Assembly (NCBI GenBank): GCA_010356995.1
Contig: ML996691.1
Span: 316,174-380,173 of the forward strand
Length of the DNA: 64,000 nucleotides
Reading direction: 5' to 3'
DNA from: Trichodelitschia bisporula
Lineage: Eukaryota
Part shown: piece by piece, positions 60,421 through 64,000 of the stretch
Numbering within the stretch: the first letter of the stretch is position 1
Layout of the letters: every line of letters begins with the position of its first letter
Notes under the pieces: model-generated
What the model was told of the DNA's origin: nothing
Database searches by the model: none
What the model saw: only the letters and a program-made list of their open reading frames with translations
Made by a program: the position numbers and the translations under genes

Positions 60421-61993
60421 CAAGTCGATGAAGAAATGCAACCCTTTGAAGAGTCTCCTGTCCGTCGCCGCAACGGTGGCGGTGTGCATCGGCCCCTTTT
60501 CCTCAACGGAAATCCGACTGGTTTCGGCGAGGTCGACCAAGCCAGCGGAAGACTCTCCTAGAAGCGGGGAAAATCTTGGAGTGCGTGCGATTGTCACTTT
60601 GTCCTGCAATTGCGGCCTTCAACGTGAGTTGACATGATGCGATAAAAAGCAAACTTGCTAACGTCGATTGTATAGTCTTCTGGAAGTTCCTCTCAACCAC
60701 GGCCGCCATCATCGCGCTTGCTATGCTCGCGCAAGGTTGGGCCCCCTATGTATCCCACGTCAGAATCTTACCACAAACCTTCCACTTAGAGATCTCCGGG
60801 AACGATGAATCCTATATGTATATTGTCGGCGTGGCTCACGAGTACAGTGAGCTCATCGACCTAGCTGACTGACTGTCGGCCTCGCCATTCCGAGGGGCAT
60901 ATACGGCGCTACCTTCCCTCCTGAAGGTGATCATGGTCATCGGGTCAGGGACGGTCTGCGAACGGGCGTCAGCCTCCTCTTTTCCGGGAAATCCTTCCCA
61001 GTATACGTCATCACGGGTTGGAACGTGGAAGAAATCATCCGCGGCGTCACTTTCAATTTTGAGGACCACAAGGCCGACGCGACCATGAAGGCTTGCGTAC
61101 TCAGGGAACAGTTAGGCGCCATCCGGCCCGGGTGGTAGCTCAGCACGACGGCAGCGACATTATCAAAGGCTGGTCAATGGCGCCCCAGTTGGGTCGGCGT
61201 CAAGCCCGCCTAGGGGGTGCCGAGCAAGTCAAAAGCACCCTGCCAGACGGCAACCACTGGCGTCAGGCTAGTGCTCCCGACGCTCCATCTATCACAGCCG
61301 CCGCCCCGCCTATCAACATCAATGCGTTACCAGATGCGCTTACCGCCCTATCGGTAGCTGCCGCTGCCCGCAGTATACTCCCGCAGTCCCGCAGATCGTA
61401 TATACCGCCATCGCAGGCATTGCCTCCAAAAAGACGCAAAAGTACTTAGGGAAAGGAGACATTAAATTCTCGGCGTCTAAAGTGCTGATCGTTCGCACCG
61501 TCACGGCGACATTGTTCTTGACGTGATTGTCATAAACAACAACTTCCTCTCAGAGGAGTACGACGATCTGCTCTTCGCCTTAAGGCGATATCGTCGTCGA
61601 AGGTCCTGAAGCCCTCGGCGACGAAGCCCAAGAAGAAGCTATTTCAGAAGGTGGATGCCGCTATGGCGGCGCAGCTGAGGGAGTTGGCGAAGGGTCTTCC
61701 AAAGGAATTCTAAGCACAGGCTACATGCCTCCAGTCGACGAGTACCCACCTCACTTTCTCGCCATGGGACCAGGGTACATGCCAACGGCGCCTTGCAGTA
61801 ACAGAGACTGCATCCGTGCCCTTGAGGACCGGACACAGGACGAAGCGTATATACGCTCGAATCAATATACGGCGTCTCGATGCCGTGAAGACCGGTGGCT
61901 CTGGAAACGTCACCGGCATGTCGAGGAACCCCCTCCATTTACAAATGCTACCATCTCCTCGAAGTAGCCTCTATATCTTCCCGCTGCCTCAAA

Positions 61994-62503
61994 ATGTCGC
62001 AGCAACTTTACCCGTTCAACGTCATTGAGCCATCCACCGATGACGTCCCACGCTATGTAAGTACACCACTCTCACATACCTTTTGGATCCACTTAAGAGA
62101 CGAGCAACTAACATATCATCAATAGGCTCGCGCCAACGCCATCCTCCATTCCTCAAAACGGCTTTCCCCGCACTTGCCTCCATCTCAGATTGCGCGAGAC
62201 AACCCCGCTACCCGTCCCTCTATATACCCCCGGTCCGGGCCCGCAACATTCACGCTATGTGAACCCCATCGGGCTCTATATACCCACCATTCTCCCTCCG
62301 CCACACGACCCGGAACGCGCACTGCTCCCACCACTGTGTATATCGAAAGCACTGGGATCGCGATCACCATCGGGCACGTAAATCGAGAAACGAACTATAC
62401 CTCCTCAACAACAGCCCCGAGCCCGGCCCCCGGAAGCCGGGACATCATATATAAAAGAAGAAGCGGAGCGGTAAGGGGTGCAAGAAGAATGGAAAGGGTT
62501 TGA
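61994..62503 (+). CDS. Possible small hypothetical protein or gene relic, 2 exons
   Basis: AAAATG start; intron 62057-62125 (GTAAGT...CTAAC...TAG) joins two ORFs in frame. Confidence 0.3.
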
Positions 62504-64000
62504 AGGGCGGCAAGGGCGGCAAGACGAAAAAGTACCTCGCTGGGAGCTGTGCTGTCTCCCTATATATACCGGCGGCGGCCAGACTTGAGCAAGCTGCCCA
62601 TCCTTCCCCCGGTTATCTTCACGCTCATCCCACTCGCGTTGGCGGCCGTAGTATATTCGCCGATCGCAGGCTCTCAGCTCAAGAACCGCCAGCAGCACGT
62701 GAAGACGATTGGCGGCGGGGCGGGGGGTGGTGGAGGGGATATATGCGATGAAATCCTGCTCAGGGAGCTGGGTTTGAAGCGACACTAATCTGGACAAAGG
62801 GTTGGGCGTTCGCGACTGTCTAGGGTTATAGGCCGAGTTAGCATAATGAAAACGCGGTGGCGTGTTTCTCTTACCTCCGTGCTGGCAGATTTGTGACTCG
62901 ATGGACGGCGGCACACTGCGCCCTCATTCAGCACTTCCGCGTACTGGAGTGGAATCCGGAGTGCATGCCGTATATAGGTAATCTCCAATTGAAGTTCAGT
63001 TCGCGTCCAAACGGCCCATTGCCACCGTTTTGCAGAGTATCTTTAGCCTCTCGATCCATCCATCCCATCCATCCCTAGCCCCGCGTATTATACACCCTCC
63101 ACATTTCCCAGCTCCACAACTTCACCACATCGCCTTTACAACTCTTATGAACGACCTTCCCTTCATCACCAGCCACTCCTCTATCAAATTCCACCGCTTC
63201 TTTACCCCAGCGGATGTGGAAGGTAAGACACAGATCTGACGATCTGACTGACTGATTGAGAAGGGCGTATTTCCCAAAGAGGAAACATAGCGTCCCCCTC
63301 CCGCCGCACATCCGCATCACCAGACCACTTTTCACCCTGCCCCCCCATCCATTATCCAAAGCCGCCCAAAAAGCACACTCGACACGCACACACCACATGT
63401 AGAATCAACAGATTTCCATACCACTCTTCCTACCTACGGATACACCCTCCCCACTCTCCTACTGACCGGTATCCAACAACCTACAAATACACCCTCTGTC
63501 AGATCATAGGCATCTGGAGTGAGGCAATCAGGCAGGGCTTTACCCGATATATGGAGTCAAGTGTTTGGCTGCATCACTGATCCCACACAACAGGTGAAAC
63601 CTTGCCTAATAGCCTCAACCCCAGATCCCACGATCTGACACCCTCCCCTCCCCCTCCCCCTCCCAAACCCCAACAAGAGCGGAAAAAATCCGAAGCACCA
63701 CATTACCCCACCCATCATTGCATCCCACCCAAGACCCAGAGACCCGGGGTATCACATGTCATCCTCTTATCATAACCACCCATCATCAAAAAACCAAAAA
63801 AAAAACCAAAAACAAGCCGCCGAGCCTTAAAGTGAATGACCAAAACACCGCGCAGAACGCAGAAGCCAAAAAGATCACCACCAGTGCGTAAAAGCATCGT
63901 CAGCCGTCATCAGTCGTAAATCCCGTAACCAGTCCGAGCCGAGCCAAGCCGGGCCATCCGGAACCCAAGCTCCCGAGACCAAAAGCAGAGTCCCAAAACC

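Overview
Eukaryotic DNA from a filamentous ascomycete (Pezizomycotina, probably Dothideomycetes). This is inferred from short GT-AG introns with CTAAC/CTGAC branch sites, dispersed 5S genes and the gene content. Most of the window is housekeeping genes: KAR9, DNA primase PRI1, a DUF1917 protein, a CYP52-clan P450, an Avo2-like ankyrin protein, RPN3, SPC34, FEN1, glutaryl-CoA dehydrogenase, a conserved Zn2Cys6 transcription factor, LCP5, BLI-3 and DBP3. The less ordinary parts are: (i) a full-length but heavily disrupted alpha-1,3-glucan synthase pseudogene (20.7-27.8 kb); (ii) a ~1,550-aa secreted modular protein with five tandem repeats and Cys-rich modules like those on killer-toxin-type chitinases, but no catalytic domain; (iii) two adjacent, divergent 5S rRNA types; (iv) two divergently oriented, apparently spliced non-coding units at 40.7-41.4 kb (-) and 42.6-43.9 kb (+), each centred on a branched stem-loop, which are the best candidates for undescribed RNAs; and (v) a strong C-rich 5' to G-rich 3' strand skew within many genes. 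All calls come from reading the sequence; no searches or folding programs were run.
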